DNA of 64,000 nucleotides from Macrostomum hystrix (taxonomy: Eukaryota > Animalia > Platyhelminthes). The notes beneath the pieces are model-generated. The model had not been told where the DNA came from. It saw only the letters and a list, made by a program, of their open reading frames with translations, and searched no databases. Of this stretch, positions 36,156 through 48,679 are shown one piece after another. Within the stretch, counting starts at the first letter, position 1. Each line of letters begins with the position of its first letter. A program made the position numbers and the translations under genes. The DNA lies in NCBI GenBank assembly GCA_950097015.1, contig CATNEN010000039.1, positions 18,104,001 to 18,168,000 of the forward strand. The letters are read 5' to 3'.

Positions 36156-36735
36156 TATATCGCACTAACAGCTAATCCCACCCCACAGGTTGGGGGTGGG
36201 TGTCAGAGGAGTATCGATCGATGCTTGTACCGAAACGAATGTACATGGCTCCGTCACTCTTTCTCTCTCCCTCTCCTCCCTCCCCGCTCTCCCTCTCAGT
36301 GTGAACGCAGTGGCTTAGGCTTGGTGCGCGTTTTTACCGTTTCACAAATATACTTTGTGCCCTGTGAGGCTATGTTTGTGTATATTGCACAGTCCATTCA
36401 GCGAGCAGCAGGCGGGAAGGGGGGTGCTATGGGCAGCATTATACCAATAATGATAGGCTGCAGAGGGCTGAAATGAGGTAAATATATAGGGAATTCGACC
36501 ATAGACAACAGCAGAGGGCGGGCTGCCTTTAGTTTCAACCTCGTTTCAACACGCGTAGGCTAACTACAACAGCGACTTCTGTCAAATAGTCTATGGCCCA
36601 AAAACGGGACAGCCGTCGGCAAAGGGGGTGATAGCTAACCGTGCCCGTCTTGTAGAGGTTTTAACCTGAATCTGAGGCTTTGTGAGATTTGTTAGACATT
36701 AATTAGAAATTATTTTCACCCAGCAGCGCAAAGCC

Positions 36736-37234
36736 ATGGGCCAGCCAGCAGTTGTTCTTGCCTGCCTATTCCTTGGCCTTCTGTTGTCGCCAATGAGCGC
36801 CTACGCCCAGGCTCTGGCCGTCAACGACCGGTTTCAGATTAGTACGTTCTGTTGTTATTCACAAATCACAATAGCTTCCGATTACTTTGCTGGCAAGTTT
36901 TGTCTGTCTTCAATTTTTAGACGTGACCGTCCATCCGGGAACAGAAAGTTTTGGAACCTACAACCAGATTCGGCTCAAATTCGTGAGCTGCACTTTTGAT
37001 GAGCGCCTCCGAGACATCAAGTTTCATGTTGTCTATCGCATCCGGACGCCGAAGAATCCGTTGTATATTTTGAGAACATCGGAGAATTCGCACATTAAAT
37101 TTTCCCCTAACAAGGTCGCCTTCTATCACAGGATTTACAGGCCATATCAGAATACGAATCACAGGTACATGTGTTCCGGTGTGGATCCGTCTGGAACAAG
37201 GAGGTACTCGGATCCTGTACGCTATGTCCGATAA
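36736..37234 (+). CDS. Small secreted protein of unknown function, possibly a single Ig-like domain, ~139 aa, 2 exons
   Basis: Exons 36736..36841 and 36921..37234 join via phase-1 GTACGT..TTTTAG. Hydrophobic signal peptide ends AYA-Q; NVT sequon; two mature-chain Cys about 61 aa apart with YMC. Confidence 0.7.
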
Positions 37235-37567
37235 ATGATTATAAATGCCTTGACGAGCAAGATTTTTAAAAAACATCCAATCATTATTTTTTATAGTCTA
37301 ATGAGTACCTTCTAGTGTTTAGATAATTACTGCCAGCTAATGGTAAATAAGCGGCTAGTCATTTAAAAGTAAGTAGTTAGACACGAACTTTATGAATGTG
37401 GGGAGATAAGAAACCAATGTGTGAGTCAGTTGCAAGTATATGCAGCGTATTCGTTTTACTACGTTTAGATAGAAACTAGCAAGTTTTGCCCCCCTTCGGG
37501 GAGCAGAAATACTTTTAATTCGTCTAGTATATACTTTTTAGCAGCTGAATTTACAGCTTTTTAAAGC

Positions 37568-37882
37568 TACAATGATCCCCCAGTTGACAATGATCCCCCA
37601 GTTGACAATGATCCCCCAGTTGACAATGAACCCCCAGTTGACAATGAACCCCCAGTTGACAACGATCCCCCAGTTGACAATGATCCCCCATTTGACAATG
37701 ATCCCCCAGTTGACAATGATCCCACAGTTGACAATGATCCCCCAGTTGACAATGATCCCCCAGTTGATGATGATCACCCAGTTGACAATGATCCCCCAGT
37801 TGACAATGATCCCCCAGTTGACAATGATCCCCCAGTTGACAATGATCCCCCAGTTGATGATGATCCCCCAGTTGAAAATGAT
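37568..37882. repeat. Minisatellite, 18-bp unit ACAATGATCCCCCAGTTG
   Basis: About 17 copies. Confidence 0.95.
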
Positions 37883-37974
37883 TTATGCAGGCCTTCTTTA
37901 GGACATGCTAAGCAATTTTACTTAACTACTGGACTTGATAAAACAGACTGTTACCTAATATGTTAAAAACTTAA

Positions 37975-39230
37975 GAGCCGATTGACTAAGATTCAGTAGA
38001 GAATAACTGAGATTCAGGACAGTTTGACTGGGATTCAGGACAGATTAACTAAGATTCAGGACAGATTGACTGAGATTCAGGACAGATTCCGTGAGATTCA
38101 GGACAGATTAACTAAGATTCAGGACAGATTCCGTGAGATTCAGGACAGATTGACTGAGATTCAGGACAGATTCAGTGAGATTCAGGACGGATTCAGTGAG
38201 ATTCAGGACGGATTCAGTGAGATTCAGGACAGATTCAGTGAGATTAAGAACAGATTCAGTGAGATTCAGGACGGATTCGGTGAGACTCAGGACAGATTCA
38301 GTGAGATTAAGAACAGATTCAGTGAGATTCAGGACAGATTCTGTGAGATTCAGGACGGATTCAGTGAGATTCAGGACAGATTCAGTGAGATTCAGGACAG
38401 ATTCGGGATAGATTCAGTGAGACTAAGAACAGATTCTGTGAGATTAAGAACAGATTCAGTGAGATTCGGGATAGATTCAGTGAGATTCAGGACAGATTCA
38501 GTGAGATTCGGGATAGATTCAGTGAGATTCGGGATAGATTCAGTGAGATTAAGAACAGATTCAGTGAGATTCAGGACAGATTCTGTGAGATTCAGGACGG
38601 ATTCAGTGAGATTCAGGACAGATTCAGTGAGATTCAGGACAGATTCGGGATAGATTCAGTGAGATTAAGAACAGATTCAGTGAGATTAAGAACAGATTCA
38701 GTGAGATTAAGAACAGATTCAGTGAGATTCGGGATAGATTCAGTGAGATTCGGGATAGATTCAGTGAGATTCAGGACAGATTCAGTGAGATTCGGGATAG
38801 ATTCAGTGAGATTCAGGACAGATTCAGTGAGATTCAGGACAGATTCAGTGAGATTCAGGATAGATTCAGTGAGATTCAGGATAGATTCAGTGAGATTCGG
38901 GATAGATTCAGTGAGATTCAGGACAGATTCAGTGAGATTCAGGACAGATTCAGTGAGATTCAGGATAGATTCAGTGAGATTCAGGACAGATTCAGTGAGA
39001 TTCAGGACAGATTCAGTGAGATTCAGGATAGATTCAGTGAGATTCGGGATAGATTCAGTGAGATTCAGGACAGATTCAGTGAGATTCAGGATAGATTCAG
39101 TGAGATTCAGGACAGATTCAGTGAGATTCAGGACAGATTCAGTGAGATTCAGGATAGATTCAGTGACATTCGGGATAGATTCAGTGAGATTCAGGACAGA
39201 TTGAGTGAGATTCAGGACAGATTCGTTGAG
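37975..39230. repeat. Minisatellite, 21-bp unit GAGATTCAGGACAGATTCAGT
   Basis: About 60 copies; source of the spurious EIQDRFS/RFRTDSV ORFs. Confidence 0.96.
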
Positions 39231-39518
39231 TACATTATGATCAGGTTTTTAAACTTCACCTAGTTGTGGCAGGCACATCTTCTTGTTATCTCATGACACA
39301 TCCCAGACGCCCATTGATCATTCGGGCCAATGATCAGGCCATAATCCAAATGACAAATCTACGAAAATCTATAATTTTCAACTGGTGAAGCAGTAACGTG
39401 GAAAATATTTGGTTATAGTCTGACTTACTAAAGTCTGGGCTCACGATAACAACTAATTTCCTGCATGAGAGTATTCAAATAACGGTCTAAACAAGCTGCT
39501 TTAATAATAATTAATAAC

Positions 39519-39809
39519 TGATTACACCTGCCCCAATTGGGTCAGATGTGCAGCCGACAGCACAGCCGCAGCTAATGCGTGGCGCATCTGAAGGCTGCGT
39601 ACAGCTGTTCAGTACATGGACTGGACGCCACACCCACCTTCAATTATCCCAGCTGATGCTGGTACCCATTTAACAGCTGGGTGAACTGAAGCAATGCAGA
39701 GTTAAATGTGTTTTGCTAAGGGACACAAACTGTTTCAGTGGAGTCGGGAATCGAACCCCCGACCTTCAAGTCGTGAGTCCGACGCCCTAAACACTAGGCT
39801 ACAACCTCT
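39519..39809 (-). mobile_element. Full-length tRNA-derived CORE-SINE (family A)
   Basis: Near-identical to the other copies; (AAT)n tail at about 39503-39517; flanking repeat AAGCTGCT. Confidence 0.9.
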
Positions 39810-40018
39810 TAAGCTGCTATAGGACAGTGCATAGCTGCCTGCACATGCATTGCAAGAGAATCAGGTGTCAAAATTGATTATCTCGGGGATAATTGAGAAA
39901 TTGAGAAACCTAGTGGATAATTGAGAACCGTGTTTGAACAACCACAAGGCAACCATTGGTCTATTGTCAGGAAATACACTTAGTAACCGATATGTATAGA
40001 AAAAGCCGAAATGTCAAA

Positions 40019-40245
40019 GGAGCTAGCAGCTCAGAGGATAGGGCTTCGGACTTCTGATCGAGAGGTCGCGAGTTCGAATACCAGAGAAAAGGAAACAATT
40101 TGCGTACTTCTTTTATAAGACACTTAATTCCCATGGGTCGGGGTGTTGCGGTCTCTCCAGTACGCGGACTGAACATTTGTACACAGCCCTTTAAAAGAGC
40201 CGCGTAAAAGCTGCGGCTGTGCCACCATCTGGCCCAACTGGGCTT
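40019..40245 (+). mobile_element. Older or diverged tRNA-derived SINE related to family A
   Basis: Box A AGCTCAGAGG, box B GTTCGAATAC, CORE remnant AAGACACTTAA, and 3' GCGGCTGTGC..ATCTGGCCC as in family A; no acceptor-stem pairing. Confidence 0.6.
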
Positions 40246-40316
40246 TGCTGTTACTTTTTAGAATTATGTTTGTGTAAAAGGCAAATAAACCTATTCTTAT
40301 TCGGGGGTAGCGACAA

Positions 40317-41050
40317 CATAGATTTGGGGGTTGCGCCACCATGGATTTGGGGTTGCGCCACCATGGATTTGGGGTTGCGCCACCATATTTTTGGGGGTTG
40401 CGCCACCATATTTTTGGGGGTTGCGCCACCATATTTTTGGGGGGTGCGCCACCATAGATTTGGGAGTTGCGCCACCATAGATTTGGGGGTTGCGCCACCA
40501 TAGATTTGGGAGTTGTGCCACCATAGATTTGGGGGTTGCGCCACCATGGATTTGGGGGTTGCGCCACCATGGATTTAGGGGTTGTGCCACCATAGATTTG
40601 GGGGTTGCGCCACCATGGATTTGGGGGTTGCGCCACCATAGATTTGGGAGTTGTGCCACCATAGATTTGGGGGTTGCGCCACCATGGATTTGGGGGTTGC
40701 ACCACCATAGATTTGGGAGTTGTGCCACCATAGATTTGGGGGTTGCGCCACCATGGATTTGGGAGTTGTGCCACCATAGATTTGGGAGTTGTGCCACCAT
40801 AGATTTGGGAGTTTTGCCACCATAGATTTGGGAGTTTTGCCACCATAGATTTGGGAGTTGCGCCACCATAGATTTGGGGTTGCGCCACCATAGATTTGGG
40901 AGTTGTGCCACCATAGATTTGGGAGTTTTGCCACCATAGATTTGGGAGTTTTGCCACCATAGATTTGGGAGTTTTGCCACCATAGATTTGGGAGTTTTGC
41001 CACCATAGATTTGGGAGTTTTGCCACCATAGATTTGGGAGTTGTGCCATC
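40317..41050. repeat. Minisatellite, 23-bp unit CCACCATAGATTTGGGAGTTGTG
   Basis: About 32 copies. Confidence 0.95.
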
Positions 41051-41614
41051 TCTGATTTCAGGGTGAAGGGGCATCGGATCTCGTAGGAACTCAAGGGCAT
41101 ATCGCACGACAACTCCCTGGCCTTCTCTCAGCCGATGCGCACTTAATTAATGTGACCTCGCCAAATAATTGATCTCGGGGACCTCGGTGCAAGAGACCGC
41201 TCAGCCATTCAACCCCAAAATGGATCCTTCATATTATTAAGAAACTCTCATACTCTAGTTGTTATTATCTAGAAGTTCATGACTCGCTGATGAGCAAGCA
41301 CTCAGCAACTTGAGAACTTCCTGGCAGTTCATTAATCCAGGCGTTGGTAGTGTCAGAGCAAAGCTAGATAGCATCTTCGAGTTCTCTAATTTCAAAACTT
41401 TTTAAAGGCTTTTTTAGCTAGTAGGATCGCTCCAGGTGAGTTAGTTTTTGGGAAAAATATGCCCAAAGTAATTGGAAATAATAGTTTTTTTTATGAAAAT
41501 ATGCACTAACTTAATTTGGACGTCCCTTGAGTGCATCCGTATTAGTAAAATAATTAAACACACCGACCTACAGGAGAGCTGATTTAGGCAGCTTAGTGAG
41601 CCGGGTAGATAAAG

Positions 41615-41703
41615 AGAATGGACAGGAGGATTAAGATAATGGACAGGAGGATTAAGAGAATGGACAGGAGGATTAAGAAAATGGACAGGAGGATTAAGAA
41701 AAT
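41615..41703. repeat. Short 21-bp tandem repeat AATGGACAGGAGGATTAAGAG
   Basis: 4 copies. Confidence 0.85.
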
Positions 41704-41769
41704 GCACACGATACTGTCTGTCACTCAAATACACATTCTGACTCAAAGAAATACAGTGTGGCATTGAAA

Positions 41770-42410
41770 TAGACACTATCTGACACTCGAAGACACCATC
41801 TGACACTCAAAGACACTATCTGACACTCAAAGACACTATCTGACACTCAAAGACACCATCTGACACTCAAAGACACTATCTGACACTCAAAGACACTATC
41901 TGACACTCAAAGACACCATTTGACACTCAAAGACACTATCTGACACTCAAAGACACCATCTGACACTCAAAGACACTATCTGACACTCAAAGACACTATC
42001 TGACACTCAAAGACACTATCTGAGACTCAAAGACACTATCTGACACTCAAAGACACTATCTGACACTCAAAGACACCATCTGACACTCAAAGACACTATC
42101 TGACACTCAAAGACACTATCTGACACTCAAAGACACTATCTGAGACTCAAAGAAACTGTCTGAGACTCAAAGACACTATCTGAGACTCAAAGAAACTGTC
42201 TGAGACTCAAAGAAACTGTCTGAGACTCAAAGAAACTGTCTGAGACTCAAAGAAACTGTTTGACACTCAAAGAAACTGTCTGACACTTAAAGACACCATC
42301 TGACACTTAAAGACACCATCTGACACTTAAAGACACTATCTGACAGTTACAGACGCTATCTGACACTCAAAGACACCCTGAGACTTGAAGACACTGTCTG
42401 AAACTCAAAG
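41770..42410. repeat. Minisatellite, 20-bp unit AGACACTATCTGACACTCAA
   Basis: About 31 copies. Confidence 0.96.
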
Positions 42411-42883
42411 GATATTGCAGGCCTAATACTTGAGGAGCACTTGTGGTCCTTTTGCGGAGTAAAAGGTTTTCTATCACAATCCGAACAACTGTAGCCAAAA
42501 AATTACTACGTTTGCTCGCTTAGAATGTAGCAACGACTAAGTGTTTCCCGCATGAAAAATAACAGAAACCTAGTACTAAATATGGGAATTTAACTGTCTC
42601 TCTCTATTTATTGCGGTTCTAAGGCGAGTCTGGTCGATGTTTTAGTTCTTCCGCACTTTATTGTTTAAACAATTGTTAAAGTTAAATAAATTACTTTTTT
42701 CGTACTGTCTGCTTTGAATTCGAGTTTATCTCTCACGAACGGCTAATTTCGAGTAATTGCGAAGTTAAACAATAAATCTGTCTTTTTATAAGATTCAAGA
42801 GATTTATTCAAGCGCTTCAAGATACTTCTTCATTCGAGCCTCGCTGCTACAATATTTGTGAATGCTATCGCTGAGGCGAAAAC

Positions 42884-43425
42884 GGGATCGGATTGTGTGA
42901 TCAGTTGGGATCAGTGAGTGGTTTATGGGGATCGGAATGTGTGATCAGTTGGGATCAGTGAGTGGTTTATGGGGAATGGAATGTGTGATCAGTTGGGATC
43001 AGTGAGCGGTTTATGGGGATCGGAATGTGTGATCAGTTGGGATCTGTGAGTGGTTTATGGGGATCGGAATGTGTGATCAGTTGGGATCAGTGAGTGGTTT
43101 ATAGGGATCGGAATGTGTGATCAGTTGGGATCAGTGAGTGGTTTATGGGGATCGGAATGTGTGATCAGTTGGGATCAGTGAGTGGTTTATGGTGATCGGA
43201 ATGTGTGATCAGTTGAATCAGTGAGTGGTTTATGGGGATCGGAATGTGTGATCAGTTGGGATCAGTGAGTGGTTTATGGGGATCGGAATGTGTGATCAGT
43301 TGGGATCAGTGAGTGGTTTATGGGGATCGGAATGTGTGATCAGTTGGGATCAGTGAGAGGTTCATGGGGATCGGAATGTGTGATCAGTTGGGATCTGTGA
43401 GCGGTTTATGGGGATCGGAATGTGT
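42884..43425. repeat. Minisatellite, 44-bp unit GGGATCGGAATGTGTGATCAGTTGGGATCAGTGAGTGGTTTATG
   Basis: About 12 copies. Confidence 0.96.
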
Positions 43426-44071
43426 TCATGCAAAGCTCCGTGTCGTGTAGCTGCTGCTAGTGTTTAGCCGTATTTCTCAGCACGTGATTTCGCAAACGGC
43501 AGCAGTCGTGGACTTAACGTTCGCGGTGGTTCCGTCCTATCTTCCACCGGGTCCTAGTTGCGCAATTGTCCAAAAAAGGCCACCAGAATTCTTTCCTATG
43601 TGAAAAGTTAAAAGACTAAAACTAGAGACAAAAATATTGATTTTTTTCTGTCCATGTTAAAAAATTTCATCTTCTTTGAATCGAATTTCGCGATTCTTGA
43701 AAAATTCCTTATCTAGACACTGCTTGGCCCCGAACGAAGCGGAGAGGGAGCTGAAGTCATCGTTGAATTCAGCAACAGTCTGGTGGCGCACTGGGGACTG
43801 CGCAGTGGGGCATGAAATCAAGAAAAAATCAGCAGTCAGTAAGGCTGCAGCCGCCTGTGAGCCACTTGGATGGTACAAAAGGCACCAAAAATGCGACTTG
43901 CTGCATTTGCGCGACCTATCTGTTTTTTTCTGTTTCGGCCGTTTAAAATGCGAACCAGTCCGACTGCACAGGCTGGCAATAATTATTTTCTGGCTGGAGA
44001 CTGCTAAATCGTGGCTGGAGTCGCTGTTTGAGTAAGGTACAGAATCGGATTATACACCTACACCAACACAC

Positions 44072-44952
44072 GCACCTAGATTAAGAAGACAGACACCTAG
44101 ATAAAGAAGACAGACACCTCGATTGGGAAGAAAAACACCTAGATAAAGAAGAAAAACACCTAGATTAAGAAGACAGACACCTAAATTGAGAAGACAGACA
44201 CCTAGATTAAGAAGACAGACACCTAGATTAAGAAGACAGACACCTAGATTAAGAAGACAGACACCTAGATTAAGAAGACAGACACCTAGATTCAGAAGAA
44301 AGACACCTAGATTAAGAAGACAGACACCTAAATTGAGAAGACAGACACCTAGATTAAGAAGACAGACACCTAGATTAAGAAGACAGACACCTAGATTAAG
44401 AAGACAGACACCTAGATTCAGAAGACAGACATCTAGATTAAGAAGACAGACACCTAAATTGAGAAGACAGACACCTAGATTAAGAAGACAGACACCTAGA
44501 TTAAGAAGACAGACACCTAGATAAAGAAGACAGACACCTCGATTTAGAAGACAAGACACCTCGTTTAAGAAGACAGACACCTCGTTTAAGAAGACAGACA
44601 CCTATATTAAGAAGACAGACACCTAAATTGAGAAGACAGACACCTCGTTTAAGAAGACAGACACCTATATTAAGAAGACAGACACCTAAATTGAGAAGAC
44701 AGACACCCAGATTAAGAAGACAGACCAGATTAAGAAGACAGACACCTAAATTGAGAAGACAGACACCCAGATTAAGAAGACAGACACCTAAATTGAGAAG
44801 ACAGACACCCAGATTAAGAAGACAGACCAGATTAAGAAGACAGACACCTAAATTGAGAAGACAGACACCCAGATTAAGAAGACAGACACCTAAATTGAGA
44901 AGACAGACACCCAGATTAAGAAGACAGATACCTATATTGAGAAGACACACCT
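44072..44952. repeat. Minisatellite, 21-bp unit ACCTAGATTAAGAAGACAGAC
   Basis: About 42 copies; source of the spurious RRQTPRL/GVCLLNL ORFs. Confidence 0.96.
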
Positions 44953-45316
44953 ACTTATAGAATAACAAGACATACAGTTATATAAGTATTCAGGCACACA
45001 ATGTATGCATGTAAAATGAATGCGCTAATATAGAGGAGATAGACACGCAGACGGCAGGAATGTTATAAAGTGTGTCTGTCCATGAATTAAAAGTATACAT
45101 ATAAGCCTTCCTAGTTAGTGCGCCATGATTTAGAAGATCAAAAATTGTGACAGGAATGTACACAGTCCGGGGCCTGTAGAGGAAAAGCGATGAGCAGTCA
45201 ATCGCACTGCCGTTTAGATTAGCTATACTCAGCACTGAAACTTGAAACCACGTCACCTGTTAGTAGGTAAAAGTGCAAGTTCCAGCGAACTAAGATCAGA
45301 GGACAGTGGAGACACG

Positions 45317-46451
45317 ATGAGCGGAGAGCGACTATCGATGACTAATAGGCAGTCGCCGCAGCCGCAGCCGTTGGCAGAATTGCGGCAGTCCGGACTCGCC
45401 GCCTGTCTGTTCTGCGAATTCCGTAGCTGCGTCCCAGTTGCTATGGACAACCATTATCTGTCTGTGCACCGAATCAGCCACACCAATATGGCTAGCTTCG
45501 GCGTCGGTAGCGTCGGCGGAGGTGTTGGCGGCGGTGAGGCATCCACAGCAGCAGCCATGGAGCTGCCAGCAGTTGCGTCAACTGTGAGTTGAATTCAACA
45601 TTTTTTCGTAAGAAATATTTTTCTTAGTTTGATTTTCTTCAACACCGGCAGTAGGGGCTGAGGGGCAGAGCGGTCTAACGCGTCTGCCTCTCGCACCAAG
45701 GTCCTTGAGCTCGATTCCGCGGCGAGGCCACTTTCATTTGGGGCGGCGCAGCTGCGGAGAGAAGGCTTGGGGGCTTGTTGTGCGATTTCCAAGGCACAGT
45801 GAGAGTGTACACTGCCTGAAAATGAGAGTCAGGGCAGATGTACACACCTGTGTGGGCCTATGCCTACATACAGTAGCTGTGTAAGTGTGTGCCCGCAGCC
45901 CTCCTGCAATTATTTTTTTCTTATTATAACGCCAGCAGCAAGCTACAAACTCAGCAATGGCGCTTGGCCTGGCTTGGCTGCAGTTGATGTCAAGACAGTC
46001 ACTGCAAACTCACAGCTTCCTGCTGCAACAGCATTCACGCACGCTGTCTTCGAGCACTAGGCATTTGCCGTTACCGCTGCCGCCGCCGCCACCAACGATT
46101 TCTCAGAGTCCGCCGCAGCCACCGCCTCCGGCTCAGCCACAATCGTCTTCGACCAGCTCGGCACAAATGCGTCGATTGTCAGCTGCATCCGGCACCACCT
46201 CCTCATCATCAGATGGCGTGTCCAATAGGAACGTGGAAAGCCTGGCTAGAAAAGTTTGGGCCCTCGGCGGTAGCTTGAACTGCCTACCGTCGGCGCACTA
46301 TTCGGCCACTTGTCGGCGATGCGGTCGCGAAGTCAAGCTCACTGAGCGAAAGGTGCAAAAGTTCAAGCTGCACATTCAGTCCTGCTATAGGAAGCTGCTG
46401 AGGGCATCTGGGGCCAGGGCTGGATCGACGAGTAGCACTGCTGGGGATTAA
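45317..46451 (+). CDS. Zinc-finger protein (C2H2-like finger plus C-terminal BED-like CCHC finger), ~260 aa; start uncertain
   Basis: Exons 45317..45583 (GTGAGT donor, phase 0) and 45936..46451. Motifs CLFCEFRSCVPVAMDNHYLSVH and VW..ATCRRCGREVKLTERKVQKFKLHIQSC, joined by a Pro/Ser/Gln-rich linker. Confidence 0.65.
45652..45890 (+). mobile_element. tRNA-derived SINE, family B, in the zinc-finger gene intron
   Basis: Box A-like GGCAGAGCGG and box B-like GCTCGATTCC; homologous to 10113-10305. Confidence 0.7.
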
Positions 46452-48679
46452 GGATTTTAATTCGAATAATGTTTTGTTATAACTACGCTTCTTAGATTGC
46501 TTATTAATTTGCAGATTGTCAAATAGACGAAAAACATATGCTTTCGAACAATATACGTTACAATAGTACGTTTTATATGCTTTTGAAGTGACCAAACAGT
46601 TCTTTTAAACACAATCAAACGATGTTTTTACGCGTCTTAACGTAGTTCAAACGTTCTTAATCGTTAAAAATCTAATTTACGTTGAAGATTTACGTTTGAA
46701 GATCTGTAGCAGTCAAATATTTCTAGGTAAGTAATAGGCCACACAATCGTTAAGAAACTAACAAGGCAAAGATTTGCGACAGAATTTCAAGCAATATTTT
46801 TATTTTTGCAGTCTTAAGAGAATTACACAGTATATGCATGTAAAAACGGAGAAAACTGTTTGAATCTGCTTATTATCTGATCTAAAAAATTGAACTACTG
46901 AGAAAGAATGTAATAAAAGATCGTTTCGCAGAGATTATAAATGAAATTTCAAATAACAATTATAACTTGCTGATCTTATCTATGTGACGTATCCAATCGG
47001 AGTTGTTTACTAGCGAAGTAAAACATTAAGATCGCGGATTAGTAAGAAGCTGTTTTGTGCGTATAACCACGTCTTGAATTAAAAAATGTTAGCTTGCATG
47101 GTACAAAAATATTCTAGCATAAACTATACAAGTCACAAGTTCTCTTTTAAGTAATCTTAGGTCAAGGACCACTAGCACTTCGTTCGCTAGAAGTAGAAGC
47201 CTTCTTTAGTCGGAAGTCCCAGTCGCAAGTCAAAAACTTTTATCGCTAAATACACTTAATTTGTTTGATGATGACGCTACAATGAGTAGAACTTTCATGC
47301 AAAATCAAGAGCCATTGTAGTTACATTGGTTATAAAACAGTGGACCTTGGCAAACTTTCGCACAGTAATGTTGGCTTTGCATAAAATTTAAACGAAACGT
47401 TTTTTTAGTTTTCGCGTATTTTTCAAGAACCGGAGGTATCATCAGTTACAACAAAACTGTCATATAAATAGGTTTTATGTGCTTTCTGTTTGCTTTTGCA
47501 CAATAATTAAGTAAGAAAAAGCCGTTTATTTCATTAATTAAGTCTTTGTAACTAACTAAAACGAATACTGTATTTTTGTTTAGGGGTGTGGTCAAAATAT
47601 TTAATCAAGGAAACTGATCTAAATATAATCATGATTAATTACAAGGACCACTATAGGAGTAGGAGTAGGTCCTTGACTCATTGGATAATTATTTTAAAAC
47701 CTTTTCATGATTCATCTAACAAACAATGATGTGTGCAATTTCTGTTCGTTAGACAAAAATGCAAGTAGGTCCGATTAGATAATGTAATTTTTTAGATTTT
47801 GATATATATGAAATGATATGCTGACCATTTATGATATGCATTGAAATCACGAATCCTAAAGCAATGTTTTATTGCAATAGCTAAAAGTAATGATTTCTTT
47901 ATCCCAGACTTCGAATACAGCGCATTATGTCTATACTAATAGTATATTTGTTTGCTTATGTGTTTCTCTATACTCCATAGCCTGTACCACTGAATCATGG
48001 GTAAAGTCAATCTTTTAAATAAAAATGTTACTTAGAAAAGTTCGTGATGAAATCGATAAATTTATAAGCAGTACAGCACGAAATTATTACCCCAGTCTAC
48101 ATTTTTCCTGTACTTTTATTCATGAGCTAAGTATATTCTGTATATAGCCAAGTTTTTTTCATTTGGTAGTTTGTATGTAGCAGTTTGCAAAAGAAATTCA
48201 CATTTGTAATACAGGCCTCACCCTTAAGCTTAGCCACCTGTATAAATATATTTTTAGCAATGGACCTGTACTATTTTATCCATTTAGCATTACTTTTAGT
48301 GTTAATAATTTATGATTTTATGTTGAAATCATGTTCAAATGTGTTTATACATTAAGTTTGAAAAATATAGAAAAACATTTTATGGCAAATATTGTTTTCA
48401 TACTCTGTGTCTGGTGTGACTAGTAGACTAGTAGACTCTGAGTCTGGGGTTCTATCTAGTGCTAAGTCAATTAAAATATGTATTATTACAAAAATTATTT
48501 TTTGTATGCCTTTCTAATCATATCTAGCTTCTTAGGAAGTTTCTAATCAGATTTTTACTATTTTAGTAGGTATGAATATATATGTTTACATTTTATAGTA
48601 GGGTCTACTTAAAAATCAGAATAAGTTTTACTAACTTTAAACTTTTACAGTTTGTTGACACCATGTTAAAATGATAAAC

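Noticed and set aside
36499-36596. Tiny element bounded by CCATAGAC/GTCTATGG
   Set aside because: Only an 8-bp inverted repeat, with no TSD and no second copy in the window.
41280-41320. CTGATGAG as a hammerhead ribozyme core
   Set aside because: No correctly placed GAAA or the required three helices.
43676-44035. 119-aa ORF, and the ORFs at 59506-60019, as genes
   Set aside because: No ATG context or recognisable motifs; the former may only be a non-coding 5' exon.
47163-47675. CAAGGACC-type inverted repeats (47163-47349 and 47642-47675) as MITEs
   Set aside because: Short, with no target-site duplication found.
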